Origin: Gemmatimonadaceae bacterium
Lineage (GTDB): Bacteria > Gemmatimonadota > Gemmatimonadetes > Gemmatimonadales > Gemmatimonadaceae
NCBI GenBank assembly: GCA_044224875.1
Contig: JBGAJQ010000003.1
Coordinates: forward strand, 1-64,000
Reading direction: 5' to 3'
Length of the DNA: 64,000 nt
Notes under the pieces: generated by a model
Told to the model about the DNA's origin: nothing
Databases searched by the model: none
What the model saw: only the letters and a program-made list of their open reading frames with translations
Part shown: positions 29,492-40,005 of the stretch, piece by piece
How the letters are laid out: each line of letters opens with the position of its first letter
Position numbering within the stretch: the first letter of the stretch is position 1
Made by a program: the position numbers and the translations under genes

Positions 29492-30448
29492 CTACTTCAT
29501 CCCGGCCTGTTGCCGTACGTAGTCGGCGGCCTGCTGATGCGTCGCAAACCAGGCACCTCCCCGCGTCTTGATATGCTGGATAAGGAGCTCCAGGGCCACC
29601 ACCCGCGACCGGTGACCTGAGATGTGCGGATGGTTGGTGAGAACGAACATCGTGCCTTCCTCGTACGCCTTGTCGTACTCATCCATCCAGACTTTCGCGA
29701 CCTCCCGAGGCGACTCATACGCGTTGCCCTGCGGACTGTAGAGCGGCGCGTCGTCCATGATCCACTCCACCGGCAACTCCACGATGCCGGTCGGCTGCCC
29801 GTTCTCCACGAGCTCATACGGGCTTTCGTCCGACATCATCGAACTCTCGTACTGGAAGCCCATCTCGCGCAGGATGCGCACCGTGTTCGGGGAGAAGTTC
29901 CAGCTGGGGGCACGGTAGCCCACCGGGCGCTTGCCTAACGTCTTGGTCCAGTATTCCATGGCGCGCTCGAGCAACGACTTCTCGACGTCGTATGGGAGTG
30001 CTGAGTTCATCTCGTGGATGTAGCCGTGGATCGCGATCTCGTTGCGACCGGACTTCTGGATCAGGGCCACTTGCTCCGGGTGAATCTTTGCACTCATGGC
30101 CGGGATGAAGTAGGACACCGGGATCTTGTACTTGTCGAACAGTCGCACGATGCGGGGAAGTCCTACACGGGCCCCGTACTCGCCTTGCGACAGTGCGCCA
30201 ATCGTGGGTTCTCCAAAACGCAGGGACACGGTCTCGTTGTCCACGTCGAAGGAGAAGAGCACGGCCACCCGCGCACCCCCTGGCCACGACTTGGGCTGGA
30301 GCGATCGGCCAGCTCGAACGGCGTTCACGACCTTGAAGGCCGAGTCATCGGTCCATTCCCAACCCGGCTTCACACCGGGACGCACCTGCGCGGCGAGCAG
30401 GGACGGCAGGGTCAGGGACAGCGCAAGCAGGAGTCGGCGTGGATACAT
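29492..30448 (-). CDS. Secreted polysaccharide deacetylase (CE4, PgdA/PuuE-like)
   Basis: Signal peptide; SFDVD, YGARVG, EIAIHGYIHE, GYRAPSW, YESSMM, HPHISG. Confidence 0.88.
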   Translation of the reverse strand: MYPRRLLLALSLTLPSLLAAQVRPGVKPGWEWTDDSAFKVVNAVRAGRSLQPKSWPGGARVAVLFSFDVDNETVSLRFGEPTIGALSQGEYGARVGLPRIVRLFDKYKIPVSYFIPAMSAKIHPEQVALIQKSGRNEIAIHGYIHEMNSALPYDVEKSLLERAMEYWTKTLGKRPVGYRAPSWNFSPNTVRILREMGFQYESSMMSDESPYELVENGQPTGIVELPVEWIMDDAPLYSPQGNAYESPREVAKVWMDEYDKAYEEGTMFVLTNHPHISGHRSRVVALELLIQHIKTRGGAWFATHQQAADYVRQQAGMK

Positions 30449-30489
30449 GGAGAGCCTTGGGTTGTTCAGTGGAGGTTGTGGCTGGCGAC

Positions 30490-32073
30490 TCACGGTTGTC
30501 GACGTAATAGCAGGTCCTGGAAATCGAACGAGAAATCCGTGGCCGGCGACACGGCTTCCATCCGCGCGGACTCCACGGCCCCCGCCGCGTTGAGCGCGAA
30601 GGTGACATACGCGTCGGCGCGCAGTTCGCGATCGCGCCACCGGACGATGAAGGTGTCGTACTGGTAGTGCTCGAGTTCACCCACCAGCTGCGCGGAGTGA
30701 CTGAAGCGCATAACGAGCTTGCCCGCTTGCCGCTCGATCACGACGTCGCCGTACCAGTCGTCCTGGTACGTGCCCGCATAGCGATCCAGTGCCAGCGACG
30801 GCTTGGAGACGGCATTGCGTCGCGATTCTCCCTCGGATTCAGCCTGGGCCACGCTCGCGGCACCACGCTTTGCCACGGCGTCGTATGCGGTGAGCCAGTC
30901 ATAGGGGGGCGCGCCCAGGTAGTGGTCAATGACCATGTTGACGATCACGTCAAACGCTTCCGTGGACTCCTGATTCGTGAGCACGGCGACACCGAGTCGC
31001 TCGTCGGGGATGGTCGCGACCCTCGAGACAAAACCGGGAAGCCCACCCGTGTGGGTCAGCATCTTTCGGCCACGATAGTCGCGCACATTCACACCCAACG
31101 CGTAGCCAGCCATCTGTGCGCGTGCCGGGAGGAGTTCCTGCGGCGGTACACCCACGGGAAGCGGCGTCACCTGCTGCCAGAGTTGACGAGTCGTCCGCGG
31201 AGTGAACAAACGCGATCCATCGGCGAGTCGCCCCGAATCCAGCTGCACCATCATCCACTTGGCGATGTCGACCGCGTTCGTGTTGATGCCGCCGGCCGGG
31301 TTGACGTTGTCGCTGGTGAAGGCGGCAATGGGGCGAACGGCTCCACTCACCGGCGCATGGGGCGCTGCAACGTTTGACCCGTGGCCGGCATCCGAGTGTC
31401 GCACGTTGCTCTCACGCATCCCGTCCTTCTCGAGCACCTGCGATTGCACGAAAGATTCCCACGACACGCCGGTCACGGCCTCGATGAGTTCACCTGCCAC
31501 ACTGTATAGCACGTTGTCGTACGCGTACGCGCTACGGAAACTGGTCGCCGGCTTGATGAATCGGAGGCGACGGACGATCTCCTTGCGATCGTAGGTCGAT
31601 GCCGGCCACCACAGCAGGTCCCCGGCGCCCAGTCCCAACCCACTGCGATGGACCAGCAGGTCGCGGACCGTCAGCTCCCGCGTCACGAACGGGTCGTACA
31701 TCGCGAAGGTCGGGAGATAGTTGATCACGGGCGCATCCCACTGGAGCTTCCCCTGTTCCACCAGGAGTCCGAGTGCGGTGGCGGTGAACAACTTGGTGTT
31801 CGAGGCGATCCCAAACAGTGTGTGTTCGTCTACCGTCGCAGAATCGCCCAGTTTCCTAACGCCGTATCCTTTAGCCAAGACCACGCGACCGTCCTTTACG
31901 ATCGCGATCGATGCGCCTGGCACCTGAAACGTCTGCAGCACGCGACCGACCAAGGCGTCGAGGCCGGCGGGAGGCGACAGGGGAGCCGGTGAACCCCCGC
32001 GAGACCGCCCCTGCGCGGCGAGCGCATGGGCACATAGGAACCAGGTGAGGACTACGAACCGCCGAAAGGTCAT
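30490..32073 (-). CDS. Serine hydrolase, beta-lactamase family with C-terminal DUF3471-like domain
   Basis: Signal peptide; IASNTK (SxxK), DLLVHRSG, YDN, HTGG; YAGTY C-terminal domain. Confidence 0.9.
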   Translation of the reverse strand: MTFRRFVVLTWFLCAHALAAQGRSRGGSPAPLSPPAGLDALVGRVLQTFQVPGASIAIVKDGRVVLAKGYGVRKLGDSATVDEHTLFGIASNTKLFTATALGLLVEQGKLQWDAPVINYLPTFAMYDPFVTRELTVRDLLVHRSGLGLGAGDLLWWPASTYDRKEIVRRLRFIKPATSFRSAYAYDNVLYSVAGELIEAVTGVSWESFVQSQVLEKDGMRESNVRHSDAGHGSNVAAPHAPVSGAVRPIAAFTSDNVNPAGGINTNAVDIAKWMMVQLDSGRLADGSRLFTPRTTRQLWQQVTPLPVGVPPQELLPARAQMAGYALGVNVRDYRGRKMLTHTGGLPGFVSRVATIPDERLGVAVLTNQESTEAFDVIVNMVIDHYLGAPPYDWLTAYDAVAKRGAASVAQAESEGESRRNAVSKPSLALDRYAGTYQDDWYGDVVIERQAGKLVMRFSHSAQLVGELEHYQYDTFIVRWRDRELRADAYVTFALNAAGAVESARMEAVSPATDFSFDFQDLLLRRQP

Positions 32074-32283
32074 GAGGGGCTGGCGAGGAAGGGTTCGAGA
32101 CGGTGCCTTCCAATGATTGTGCCAGTTAGACCCGACGGACGCGAGCCCCCAGGAAAAGCCCCCATCCGCTCCGGCGAGCGCTAGTCTGCGTACCGGCGTA
32201 ACGGCCACCCAAGGGATGCCGACTCTGGCGTCCTTCGCCTGGTCCGCGTTGGGGTCAGGCCGCCCGGCTTCGCCTAGCGCGAG

Positions 32284-33177
32284 CTAGCAAACCTTTTGCA
32301 GCGAGTCCCCCGCGCCAAACCAGTACCCAATCACCTCGCCAAATCCCCATGAGACAACAAATGCGGAGATGAGCGGTATCGATTTCACGAGCGTGCTGAC
32401 GTGTTTCTTCTTCGCCAGTATCCGCGTGACGGTGCGGTACAGGAGAAGTGGCGGCAAGGCAAAGGCCGTAAGCCCAAATGCCAGACGCTTCGGCAACGAC
32501 GCACCCGCCACTCGCGCGCCGGCGTACGATCGCGCGTAGTAATACCGCTGCGTGAAGTACTCGCCGAACGTGTAATGCTTCTTGTGCCCGACGACAATTT
32601 CCGGGCGACAAAACAACTCTACGCCTTCGGCCTTCAGTGTGTCGTGCAGGTAGTTCTCCCAACGTCCGGCGTCGACGACCTCGCGGTGTGAATCGAGGAT
32701 AGAACGCCGGTACACGACATTGTTGCCTGTGAGCCAGGGGACGGAACCCGACGGGATGGGCGGGATGAGGTGGCTGTACTCGCAGAGAAATGCTGCCCAA
32801 TCGATCAGCTTCTCCGTGGCCGAATTCTCCACCGATCCGGCGACCACCTGCTTGCCCTGCGCCAATGTCTCGAGCATCTGCCGCGCCCAACCCGGCGGCA
32901 CGATGACGTGATCTTCAATCACGGCTACGGCTTCCCCGGTGGCCGCGTGAAAAGCTGTTGCGCGCATCTGGGGGATCGTCGTCTCTACGGAGACGGGAAT
33001 CAGGCGCACGTCGGGAAAGAGACGCGGAATGGCCTCCATGACTTCAGCGCCGTTTCGTACGATCACCAAGACCTCCATCGTCACATCGGCGCGCTGCTTC
33101 TCGAGAGCTTCAAGGCAGGTCACGAGATCCAGCAGCGTGTTCACGGCAGGGACGACGACGGAAAGCTCGACGGGCAT
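32284..33177 (-). CDS. GT2-like glycosyltransferase
   Basis: LSVVVPA start, CLEAL, ATGEAVAVIEDH, GNNVVY, C-terminal TM helices. Confidence 0.8.
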   Translation of the reverse strand: MPVELSVVVPAVNTLLDLVTCLEALEKQRADVTMEVLVIVRNGAEVMEAIPRLFPDVRLIPVSVETTIPQMRATAFHAATGEAVAVIEDHVIVPPGWARQMLETLAQGKQVVAGSVENSATEKLIDWAAFLCEYSHLIPPIPSGSVPWLTGNNVVYRRSILDSHREVVDAGRWENYLHDTLKAEGVELFCRPEIVVGHKKHYTFGEYFTQRYYYARSYAGARVAGASLPKRLAFGLTAFALPPLLLYRTVTRILAKKKHVSTLVKSIPLISAFVVSWGFGEVIGYWFGAGDSLQKVC

Positions 33178-33226
33178 GTTCGCGATCTGTTAGGTTTGAA
33201 AAAACACCGCTCAACAAACTACACGA

Positions 33227-34279
33227 ATGATGAAACTTGCAGTGATCGGCGCGGGCGTCATCGGGCGTCTCCGCGCACAAACAGTCGTCGATCACCCGGA
33301 CACGGAATTGGTGGGTATCGCCGACGTGGATCGCGTGGCGGTTACCAAGGCATCTCAGCAATATCGTGTGCCGGCGTACGCGGATTACCGACAACTGATA
33401 GACGAGTGCAAGCCGGATGCCGTCATCATCTCGTCTCCGGTCACGCTCCACCGCGAAATGTGCGAGTACGCCTTTTCCAAGGGCTGTCACGTGCTGGTGG
33501 AAAAGCCGATGTCCAACTCGATCGAGGGGTGCCAGGCCATCATGCGGGCGGCCGCGGCCGCAAAGCGCACCCTCGCCGTCGGCTTCAATCATCGCTTCTA
33601 CACGGCGGTGAAGTACCTGCGACAGGTGTTGGACGAGGGCAAGATCGGCACCATCGACCACGTGCGGATCTTTGGCGGGCACGACGGGCTGCACAACTTC
33701 CGCGCCGATTGGATGTTCAAGGGTGAGCTGTCGGGCGGCGGCGCGATGATGGACGTGGGGATTCACCTCACGGACCTCGGCCGCTACCTAACGGGCGAAG
33801 TCACCGAGGTCTATGGCTTTGCGTCCGGCAAGATCTGGAACGTGCCAGGATCGGAAGACAACGCCGTTGCGGTGATGCGCACCACCGCTGGCGTTCCGAT
33901 CATTTACCAGACCACCTGGACCGAGTGGCGAGGGTACGGCTGGTACGTGGACGTGTACGGTACGGGCGGCATGGTCCGCGCGTCGTATGCGCCGATGTTC
34001 AACCTGCTCATCACGCAGGACAAACCAGGTGGCAAGCGCACCAAACTCGTGAAGCGGTACCCAGAGATCATCGTGCGCGAGAAGGTGAAGGGCTGGCAGA
34101 CCACGAGCAAAATTTCCTTCGATGATGAATTGATGGAGTTTCTCCGCATGGTGCAGGGTGCCAAGGATGCGCGCATGGCCGACGGTTGGTCGGGGCTCAG
34201 GGCCAATGAAATCGCCCAGGCCGTGTACCGATCCACGGCCAGCGGCGATCGGGTTGTGCTGTCAACCAGAGGGGCGTAG
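33227..34279 (+). CDS. Gfo/Idh/MocA-family oxidoreductase
   Basis: IGAGVIG, HVLVEKPM, GFNHRF, GGGAMMDVGIH. Confidence 0.92.
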   Translation: MMKLAVIGAGVIGRLRAQTVVDHPDTELVGIADVDRVAVTKASQQYRVPAYADYRQLIDECKPDAVIISSPVTLHREMCEYAFSKGCHVLVEKPMSNSIEGCQAIMRAAAAAKRTLAVGFNHRFYTAVKYLRQVLDEGKIGTIDHVRIFGGHDGLHNFRADWMFKGELSGGGAMMDVGIHLTDLGRYLTGEVTEVYGFASGKIWNVPGSEDNAVAVMRTTAGVPIIYQTTWTEWRGYGWYVDVYGTGGMVRASYAPMFNLLITQDKPGGKRTKLVKRYPEIIVREKVKGWQTTSKISFDDELMEFLRMVQGAKDARMADGWSGLRANEIAQAVYRSTASGDRVVLSTRGA

Positions 34280-34326
34280 CGCGTGCACGGGCTGGCCGTT
34301 GCGCTTACGTTGGCGGACGCGCGCGC

Positions 34327-35232
34327 GTGAAACTTTCAATCGTCGTCACGGTCGTCGATGGCGGCGCGACGTTAGAGCGATGTCTGGACGCGTTGGCGAC
34401 GCAGGTCGGGGCGCCCGCACTGGAGGTGCTGGTTCCGTACGACGCCACGGTCGCCGGGATGGAGGTACTCGCCCAACGGTACCCCGCATTCCATTTCCTT
34501 CCAATGGGCACCGTGGCCACCGAATACGATGCCCACGGTGCACGCGGCCAGCATGAACTGTTCGATCGGCGTCGGTCGCGCGGGCTGGCAGCTGCAACGG
34601 GCGATGTGATCGGCATCGTCGAGGATCGGGGGGTGCCAACGCCGGACTGGGCCGCCACGGTCGCTCGTCTGCAAGAGGCACTTCCTCACGCGGTGATCGG
34701 CGGGGCCGTGCAGAATGCCTCGGACCGGCTGCTCAACTGGGCGGTCTACTTCTGCGACTTTGGTCGATATGCGCGCCCATTCGCGGCGGGCGCGCGCGAC
34801 TGGGTCACCGACGTGAACGTGTCCTACAAGCGCCGGGCCATCGACGCCACCAGCAAACTGTGGCGAGATCGCTATCACGAGCCGGTGGTTCACCGGGCGA
34901 TTCAACAGGCTGGCGACACGCTCTACCTCACGCCGGAGTTTGCCGTCTTTCAGATGCGTGAACCCCGGCCCCTCCGCGTCCTGCTGGACGAGCGCTTGCA
35001 GTGGGGGCGCCTGTTCGCCTATACACGCATAAAGACGGAGTCCGTTGCACGCCGGTTCACCTACCTGCTGGCCGCCCCATTGATTCCGGTGGTGCTCTTT
35101 GTTCGGCAGGCGCGGTTGCAGCAGACGAAGGGCAACCTGATGAAGTTCGTGAAGGCCTCTCCGTTGGTGGCGCTCTTGCTACTGACCTGGAGCGCGGGCG
35201 AGGCTATCGGGTACTTCACGGGAAGACCATGA
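34327..35232 (+). CDS. GT2-like glycosyltransferase (paralog of 32284..33177)
   Basis: LSIVVTV, CLDAL, ATGDVIGIVEDR, WAVYFCDF, GEAIGY C-terminus shared with the paralog. Confidence 0.78.
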   Translation: MKLSIVVTVVDGGATLERCLDALATQVGAPALEVLVPYDATVAGMEVLAQRYPAFHFLPMGTVATEYDAHGARGQHELFDRRRSRGLAAATGDVIGIVEDRGVPTPDWAATVARLQEALPHAVIGGAVQNASDRLLNWAVYFCDFGRYARPFAAGARDWVTDVNVSYKRRAIDATSKLWRDRYHEPVVHRAIQQAGDTLYLTPEFAVFQMREPRPLRVLLDERLQWGRLFAYTRIKTESVARRFTYLLAAPLIPVVLFVRQARLQQTKGNLMKFVKASPLVALLLLTWSAGEAIGYFTGRP

Positions 35233-35278
35233 TCGAGCGCCCACGCCGTGACGCGAGGGCCCTGGCCCCAGACCCTGC

Positions 35279-36298
35279 GTGCCTTCGATGACCGCCACCG
35301 ATCGCCCCGAAGCCCTGGCGTTGCAGCTGATGCGAGTCGAATCCACCAGCGGGCAGGAGACGGCGGTCGTGGCGTTGATGGAGTCCCTGTTGCGGGAACG
35401 CGGCTGGCAGGTGCAACGGATTCCGGTGACCGAGGGCCGGGACGCCCTGCTCGCCACTGGCAGCGACGGCATCGACGTCACGCTCTCGACGCATCTGGAC
35501 ACCGTGCCCCCGTATCTCGCACCCTCCCTGGATGGCGACCTGCTACGCGGTCGAGGCGCTTGTGATGCGAAAGGGATCGCCGCTTCCATGCTCTGCGCAG
35601 CCGACCGGCTCCGCGCGCGCGGCGTGAGGGTGGCGTTGCTCTTTGTGGTAGGCGAGGAGACGACGCATGACGGCGCCCATGCAGCGAACGCTCACGCCAC
35701 GACGAGTCGGGTCATCATCAACGGCGAGCCCACCGAAAACACCCTGGCCGTCGGGACCAAGGGCGCGATGCGGATTATCGTGCGCGCGCGGGGCAAGGCC
35801 GCCCACTCCGCGTACCCACACCTCGGTCACTCAGCGACCGCCGTGCTCGTCGAGCGACTCGCGGCGATCCCGGCACTTGTGCTGCCGACAGATCCAGTGC
35901 TCGGACGCACCACGGTGAACATCGGCACCATCAGCGGTGGGGTGGCCGACAATGTGGTCGCGCCGTGGGCCGAGGCCAGGCTCATGGCGCGGCTCGTGAG
36001 CGACGAGGATGAGGTGTTTGAGGTCTTTCGCGCCTGGGCGGGCGACGCGGTATCGATCGAGAAAGGGGTTTCCATTCCCGCCGTGCGGTTAGGCATCGTC
36101 CCGGGATTCGAGACTTCGGTGGCGGCCTACGCCACGGACATACCTGCGCTGTCGCGGTGGGGGACTCCCTACCTGTACGGACCGGGTTCCATTCACGTCG
36201 CCCACACGATGGACGAGTACGTGCGGGTCGCTGACCTGGAGCGGGCCGTGGGCGACTACGAGCGACTCGCCGTCGCGGCGTTAGCGCAGCACGGCTGA
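35279..36298 (+). CDS. M20-family metallohydrolase (acetylornithine deacetylase-like)
   Basis: THLDTVP, GRGACDAKG, VGEE, GEPT, AHS, GPGSIHVAH..DE. Confidence 0.9.
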   Translation: MPSMTATDRPEALALQLMRVESTSGQETAVVALMESLLRERGWQVQRIPVTEGRDALLATGSDGIDVTLSTHLDTVPPYLAPSLDGDLLRGRGACDAKGIAASMLCAADRLRARGVRVALLFVVGEETTHDGAHAANAHATTSRVIINGEPTENTLAVGTKGAMRIIVRARGKAAHSAYPHLGHSATAVLVERLAAIPALVLPTDPVLGRTTVNIGTISGGVADNVVAPWAEARLMARLVSDEDEVFEVFRAWAGDAVSIEKGVSIPAVRLGIVPGFETSVAAYATDIPALSRWGTPYLYGPGSIHVAHTMDEYVRVADLERAVGDYERLAVAALAQHG

Positions 36299-36311
36299 TT
36301 TCGACCTGAGT

Positions 36312-37262
36312 TCAAAACAGGTACGGAATCACCAACACCTCGCGTGACACGATGAGGCGCTTGTCGTGGCCGGTGAGGTAACCGACCTTGAGGCCGCCCC
36401 ACGCGAGGTACGGGCCCAAGCGCGCCGTTCCGCTCCATGGGTACTTGAGGGCGCCGTTTGCCTGCGCACCCACCAACAGGCCTAACGAGAAGGATCCGGG
36501 TTTCAGCGCGCGGGCGAGCCAGTTGGCATCTTCCACCCCCCAGCTCTTTCCGAAGTTGTAGTGCCGGAGTCCGAACTCGGCAACGCTCACGGCCTGTGGC
36601 CGGTGTTTGCTGTCCGTGCTCGACGTCTTTTCGATCGTCAGGTATGTCGTTCGGTACGCAGCGACGATTTCCCACGGTCGCGGTGAATAGTCCGCATCGA
36701 CGCCGAACAGGGGTGGCCAGGCCACGAATTGCGCACCGTAGTTCAGCAACACCTCCAAGCCGTTCAACTTGACGCTCCCGGGGCCGAACTTCTTCTCGAA
36801 GCGTCGCAACTTCTCGGTACCCTCGAACAGGCGCACGTCCCGGGCAATGCACATCATGGCCTCAACCGGGGCCAACGAGTCGCGCACTCCCGCCGAGTCG
36901 ATGGCGTTCTGCGCGGTGGTCTGGAATAGTCGGTTGAGGACGCGCTGAAAGACGCCGTCCCGACCGGGCATGGCGTCGCGCATCATCCGCCAGTTCTGAT
37001 CGCGTTTCGCCGTGGTGCCCGGGGAGCCGCGGCCAACGCTCTGGTATGAGTACTCGAATCCGTCCGGAAGTTTTTGGCGCACCGAGTCGAGGCGGATGCG
37101 CACCTGTTCCGAGTCGGCAAGACCGGCGGCGGCCACCACCTGCTGAATGCTGCCGGCGACGCGTGCGAACGGCACGGACGCCACGGGACACGCGGACTGC
37201 GCCTGAGCCATAGTCGTCAGCACCAACAGCGGACCGGCGGCGCGAAGTGCTAGATGAGCCAT
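36312..37262 (-). CDS. Secreted hypothetical protein
   Basis: Signal-like N-terminus (AQA-Q), beta-rich C-terminus ending in Phe; overlaps the upstream hydrolase stop. Confidence 0.6.
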   Translation of the reverse strand: MAHLALRAAGPLLVLTTMAQAQSACPVASVPFARVAGSIQQVVAAAGLADSEQVRIRLDSVRQKLPDGFEYSYQSVGRGSPGTTAKRDQNWRMMRDAMPGRDGVFQRVLNRLFQTTAQNAIDSAGVRDSLAPVEAMMCIARDVRLFEGTEKLRRFEKKFGPGSVKLNGLEVLLNYGAQFVAWPPLFGVDADYSPRPWEIVAAYRTTYLTIEKTSSTDSKHRPQAVSVAEFGLRHYNFGKSWGVEDANWLARALKPGSFSLGLLVGAQANGALKYPWSGTARLGPYLAWGGLKVGYLTGHDKRLIVSREVLVIPYLF

Positions 37263-38188
37263 GAGCGCAGTTCCGTTTCGTGACGTTCGATGTAGGCCAC
37301 CCAATCGTGGGGGTTCTGCAGCGTGATATCGGGACGCTCGTGGGTGCGGAGCGACGCCTGCAGGGTGGCAATCAACTCGTCGCGGGACGTGATGTTGGTT
37401 TCGTGCTGATCGTCGATCAGTGAGTCCTGTCCGGGCACTGACATGTAGGCCCAGTCCAGCTTCTTTCGGAACAGGTGCCCGCCAACGGGATCCAGCTCAC
37501 CCGTGATCGAGACGAACTTCCCCAGCACGTACGGTTCTTCGACGCCATTGAGGTCCGCGACGGGCTTGGCGAGCGCACGATTCAGCGCCAGGGTCGTGCG
37601 CTTGGGAATGACGGCGCCCAGCTCTTTCACGGCGCTCTTGATCAACTGCACCGGCGACGCCATGAAGATCACGTTCTGCAGGCGCACGCCGGCTTGCGGT
37701 CCGATGAGATTGGACATGTCGTCGCACGCAGCGTGGATTGCCTCGTACGTGTGAAAACAGCCCATGCTGTGGCAGACGATCGAGATTCGCTGGATGGCCC
37801 CGTGCGGTCCATCCTGGATCATCTTGTTGAGCTGCACGATGAATGCTTCGCGCAGCGCCGCCCGCGCCGACAGGCTCAACACTGGCCAGATTACATCGCC
37901 GGCAAAGGAGGCTACGGTCTCGCCCAGGTTGTCACCGCCAAACTTTCCCTTCAGGAAGCCGAGAAGTTGCGGGACCAGCCCGGCCAGCTGCGTCTTCTCA
38001 GCGAACCAGTCGTTGATGCCGTCATAACGCAGTTCGTAGATCGCAAAGTCGTCAGCGTTTGCGCCGAGGGCTGCGCGGAGCGCCTCGTTGGCTTCACTCC
38101 GTGGAGCGGTGGGATCCTCTCCTATGCCGTGTACCAGCAACACGGCATCGCGGCCAGGCCATGGTTGCGACTGCGGAATGAATGCCAC
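37250..38188 (-). CDS. Alpha/beta-hydrolase fold protein (lipase-like)
   Basis: LLVHGIG oxyanion region, CHSMG nucleophile elbow, MASP, DPV acid, NPHDW His. Confidence 0.65.
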   Translation of the reverse strand: MAFIPQSQPWPGRDAVLLVHGIGEDPTAPRSEANEALRAALGANADDFAIYELRYDGINDWFAEKTQLAGLVPQLLGFLKGKFGGDNLGETVASFAGDVIWPVLSLSARAALREAFIVQLNKMIQDGPHGAIQRISIVCHSMGCFHTYEAIHAACDDMSNLIGPQAGVRLQNVIFMASPVQLIKSAVKELGAVIPKRTTLALNRALAKPVADLNGVEEPYVLGKFVSITGELDPVGGHLFRKKLDWAYMSVPGQDSLIDDQHETNITSRDELIATLQASLRTHERPDITLQNPHDWVAYIERHETELRSWLI

Positions 38189-38335
38189 GACGTCCCCCCA
38201 TCACGCGAGCGATGGATCGAACCTAGGGCCGCCGAGTGGGGCGTCAACCTGTGGCGCCAGCTCCCCACGCCCGACACATGACATGGAAAGCGAACTCCGC
38301 TGGGCGCGCGCCCAAGCGGGCGCGCCCCGTATCGC

Positions 38336-38728
38336 CTAACGGTCGGCCGACGGCTGGGCGAAGACGACGAAGTGCCCGCCAGGCTCCTTCACCCCAATCT
38401 CGTGCATGCCGTAGAACGTCGTGCGCCGCGGCATGGCGATGGGGTACCCAATCAGCGCCTGCTCAAACTCCGCCAGGTCCTTCACTTCAATGAACAACGC
38501 CGCGGATTCGCCGCCCGCGGAGCTGCCAAGATCGGCAGCCACGCTGGCTGCAGATTGGAACATCAGTTCAACCCCGTCCTTCACCAGGATGACGAAGCCC
38601 AAGGCATTCTCGTGGGGGACCTCCACCGTGCGGGCGAACCCGAGCCTTCCCTCCCAGAACTCCAGGCTCGGTTCAATGGCATGAACGACAAGGACTGGGG
38701 TGAGCTTTGAGACAGTAGGCGTCGGCAT
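38336..38728 (-). CDS. VOC/glyoxalase family protein
   Basis: LTPVL..SLEFW..LGF, LFIEV.D, TFYGMHEIGVKEPGG. Confidence 0.85.
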   Translation of the reverse strand: MPTPTVSKLTPVLVVHAIEPSLEFWEGRLGFARTVEVPHENALGFVILVKDGVELMFQSAASVAADLGSSAGGESAALFIEVKDLAEFEQALIGYPIAMPRRTTFYGMHEIGVKEPGGHFVVFAQPSADR

Positions 38729-38785
38729 GGGCGATTCTCGTGAGCGCGTGAAGTGACAGTGGGTGAAGCGCGACACGCGACGATT

Positions 38786-39703
38786 CTACGTGGGCCAGCG
38801 ATGAGCGTCTTGGAAAAATGGAATCTGTCCGCGCCCGGCCAGCCACTGGGCAGGCGTTTCGCCGGTTAGGCTGACAAAGTCGGCGATCATGTGCGGCTGG
38901 TCGGCGTATCCGGCTTCAGAAGCCAGCGCGCTCCATGAAAGCAGCGCGCGCCCGGAGCTTCGCGCGGCGGCAACGCGAGCGGTGCGCTCGGCGAGGGCCA
39001 TCACGTGTTGAAGCCGGAGGACTCGTGCCACCAGTTTTGGGCGTAGTCCGATGTGCGCCTCGAACAGCCGGGCCAGGTGTTGCCTGCTGACTCCCACGGA
39101 CTTGGCCAAGGACTCGATGGGAAGGGCGCCCCGGCTGTGGTGCACGAGGTCAAGCGCATGCTGCAATGCGGCTGGCGGCGGCGCCGCGCGCGACACCAAG
39201 CCGCCTAACGTGTGATGAAGCCGGTCGCCGAGCGAGCCGAGGTGAAGTCCCCCGGGTCCGTCCAGCCAGTGCTGGGCACCCGGTAAGAGTTCGTGGAGGT
39301 CGACGCGCGCATCGCGGAGTTCCCCGACGTCCTGCCTCGTGATCGCCGCGGCGTATCCGGGCTTGAATCGCACGCCGACATATTGGATGTCCGAGTCATC
39401 GTGAACCGCCAGCGGTTGCGTCATCGGACCCACGACGGCGGCGTCGTGCAACTGGCCCTCGCTGTCGAACGTCCAGATGATGTCCACGCTGTTATCCGGG
39501 ACGATCATTCGGGGCGCCTCGACCGCCTGCGCCAGCGTTCCGCGTGTCCAGACACAGGTCACCGCCTGCGACAGCCGTCCTGGCGGAACCCACTCGCGGT
39601 ACGCGGCCGGCAGAGTAGGCGAGAAGACGTTAGGCATGTGAGTCGGCGAATCCACGCCGGAATCTGGCGCAGGGGGTGGCGGGTGTCCACGTGGCGCGCT
39701 CAT
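38786..39703 (-). CDS. AraC-family transcriptional regulator
   Basis: IVPDNSVD, GVRFKPG N-domain; LAKSVGVSRQHLARLF and GYADQPHM HTH; GAGGAG SD before ATG 39703 (39637 is an alternative start). Confidence 0.88.
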   Translation of the reverse strand: MSAPRGHPPPPAPDSGVDSPTHMPNVFSPTLPAAYREWVPPGRLSQAVTCVWTRGTLAQAVEAPRMIVPDNSVDIIWTFDSEGQLHDAAVVGPMTQPLAVHDDSDIQYVGVRFKPGYAAAITRQDVGELRDARVDLHELLPGAQHWLDGPGGLHLGSLGDRLHHTLGGLVSRAAPPPAALQHALDLVHHSRGALPIESLAKSVGVSRQHLARLFEAHIGLRPKLVARVLRLQHVMALAERTARVAAARSSGRALLSWSALASEAGYADQPHMIADFVSLTGETPAQWLAGRGQIPFFQDAHRWPT

Positions 39704-40005
39704 GTCTCCTCGACACGGGTGCGACCGACGCGAGCACGCGTAGTCGTGGTGACCGCGGGCTCCGGGTCACGCAGCGGGCGGAGAGGCGGAAGCGCCGGCG
39801 TGTGGACGGGCTCGATCGGCTGCCAAGCCCTCGCCACGATCTACCCGACCGCGGCGAGGCCACGCAAAGGCGGTTCGAACGCATGAGCGTCCGCCACTGG
39901 TCAGCGGCGCATCGTCCGCTGACCCGTTACCTTGCGCAAGGTTCCCGCCGGTGTGGAAGGAACCGTGACACGCCGCGAAACGACCTCGACGTCCCGATCC
40001 CACCT

